Shown here: in pieces, positions 62,858 to 64,000 of the stretch
Numbering within the stretch: position 1 is the first letter of the stretch
Layout of the letters: each line of letters starts with the position of its first letter
Translations under genes and position numbers: made by a program
Assembly (NCBI GenBank): GCA_965237805.1
Contig: OZ250153.1
Location: forward strand, 896,001-960,000
DNA: 64,000 bases
Direction of reading: 5' to 3'
Origin: Gammaproteobacteria bacterium
Lineage (GTDB): Bacteria > Pseudomonadota > Gammaproteobacteria > JABABF01
The notes under the pieces: model-generated
Databases searched by the model: none
Told to the model about the DNA's origin: nothing
What the model saw: only the letters and a program-made list of their open reading frames with translations

Positions 62858-64000
62858 ATGCATACAAAACAGCTGAAGTCTAATGGTGGGTGCCGACTCA
62901 CACTGGCGGCAGCCACGGTCGCAGCGCTGACCATGACGGCCACGCTGAGCGCCCCGGCACAGGCGGCGCGCGGCTATATCAGCTTGGGCATCGGGCTATC
63001 CGATGTGCTCGATCAGAAGATCAGCAGCTGTACGCGGCAGACAGCCAATCTCGCCACGATCAGCTGCGCGCCAAATACCGACACCGAGCCCGCGCCTGTC
63101 GCCACACTGGCCGGTGGCCTGCTGTTCGGGCATTTCAGTGCCGAATTGGCGTACACCAATCGACGCGCCATACTGCGTGATGCAGGTGGTGACAGCTCGA
63201 CGAGTCCGTTCTACGGCCTGCAGATGCACGAGCTATTTGCCAACGGCTATTTCCACTTTGCTATCGGCTCGCGCTTGCGCCCCTATATTGGCTTCGGCTT
63301 GGGCTTCGGCGATTTTCGCATCAAAGCGAATGGCACCATCGATAATGCCGGTAACACCGTCCTCTACGATGCCATCTACGACGACTCCCTGTTCGGCTTT
63401 CAGGGTCTGCTGGGCGTCGATGTCCAGCTGAGCCCCAACAGCATCATCGGTCTCGGGCTGCGCTTCACCTCTTTCAGCGGCGCGGATGTGGCCCCCTCGC
63501 TGTGGACAACCTCCTCCACCCCCCTTGTGGCATCCTTCACCTCCAGCTTCAAAGACTTGGATTTCGTCAACGTCACACTGGACTACAGCTACCACTTCGA
63601 TTTCGACTATTTTTCCAAACCGTCGGATAAAAACAAATGGATCAGTGCTCCGGATGCCCCCGAGCGCGACCGTTTTGGCTTTTACCTGCAGACGGCGATC
63701 CCCTATATGTACGCCCCCGGCAAGCTGGACGTCACCCAGCAGGTCGGCAACATAGCGAGCACCCTGAGCTTCAACAGTTTGGGTGGCGCCCTCGGCACCG
63801 GCATCGGACTCGGTGTCCATATCGGCGCACTACGACTCGAAGTCAGCTATGATTTCCGCCAATACACCAACCGCGACCCGAGCTTTCAAGTCGGTTGCAC
63901 CAACTGCATCACCAGTCTGGGCGACTACACTGTGCAGGAGTATATGGCGCTGGCGTATTGGGACTTCAAACCGTTGCTTTTAGGTGCCACACCGCTGGCA
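62858..64000 (+). CDS. Outer-membrane beta-barrel protein with two tandem OmpA/OmpW-like barrel domains; runs off the window end
   Basis: Hand translation from ATG 62858 is open for 381 codons: signal peptide (AQA), GYISLGIG, LFANGYFHF, PYIGFGLG, FGFQGLLGV, VTLDYSYHF, linker, then GFYLQ...GIGLGVHIGALRLEVSYDF...MALAYWDF. Confidence 0.8.
   Translation, partial: MHTKQLKSNGGCRLTLAAATVAALTMTATLSAPAQAARGYISLGIGLSDVLDQKISSCTRQTANLATISCAPNTDTEPAPVATLAGGLLFGHFSAELAYTNRRAILRDAGGDSSTSPFYGLQMHELFANGYFHFAIGSRLRPYIGFGLGFGDFRIKANGTIDNAGNTVLYDAIYDDSLFGFQGLLGVDVQLSPNSIIGLGLRFTSFSGADVAPSLWTTSSTPLVASFTSSFKDLDFVNVTLDYSYHFDFDYFSKPSDKNKWISAPDAPERDRFGFYLQTAIPYMYAPGKLDVTQQVGNIASTLSFNSLGGALGTGIGLGVHIGALRLEVSYDFRQYTNRDPSFQVGCTNCITSLGDYTVQEYMALAYWDFKPLLLGATPLA

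Noticed and set aside
62890-63983. Several short ORFs at the window end
   Set aside because: Shadows of the open OMP frame that starts at 62858.

Overview
High-GC bacterial chromosomal segment, most consistent with a gammaproteobacterium (engB, cyoE/SCO, ampD, yqgE, nadC). It is rich in sulfotransferase, DUF1214, LLM, SnoaL and EF-hand genes, a repertoire often seen in marine host-associated or sterol-degrading lineages; that assignment is inference only. Core content: peroxiredoxin, tandem LLM monooxygenases, the meta-cleavage terminal pair (acylating acetaldehyde dehydrogenase and 4-hydroxy-2-oxovalerate aldolase), gcvTHP behind a tandem glycine riboswitch, acyl-CoA catabolic genes, an ECF sigma/anti-sigma pair, an LPS/glycosyltransferase cluster, cbiMQO, thiCOSG-thiDE, galE and several pseudogenes. 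Two AT-rich accessory blocks stand out. (1) 9734-13697 is a translationally coupled three-gene cassette (DGQHR/DndB-like protein, HEPN-like protein, D12-class adenine methyltransferase) sitting directly behind the aldolase gene, a candidate non-canonical restriction-modification/anti-phage system. (2) 29023-32215 holds an intact ORF and a decayed paralog in which a region resembling the N-terminus of type III R-M Mod subunits is fused to a PAPS-dependent sulfotransferase domain in place of a methyltransferase core. Two real genes at the window edges (an epimerase and a tandem double beta-barrel OMP) are missing from the ORF track. I saw no rRNA, tRNA, CRISPR array, integrase or transposase. 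All family calls come from motif recognition by eye, not database searches.
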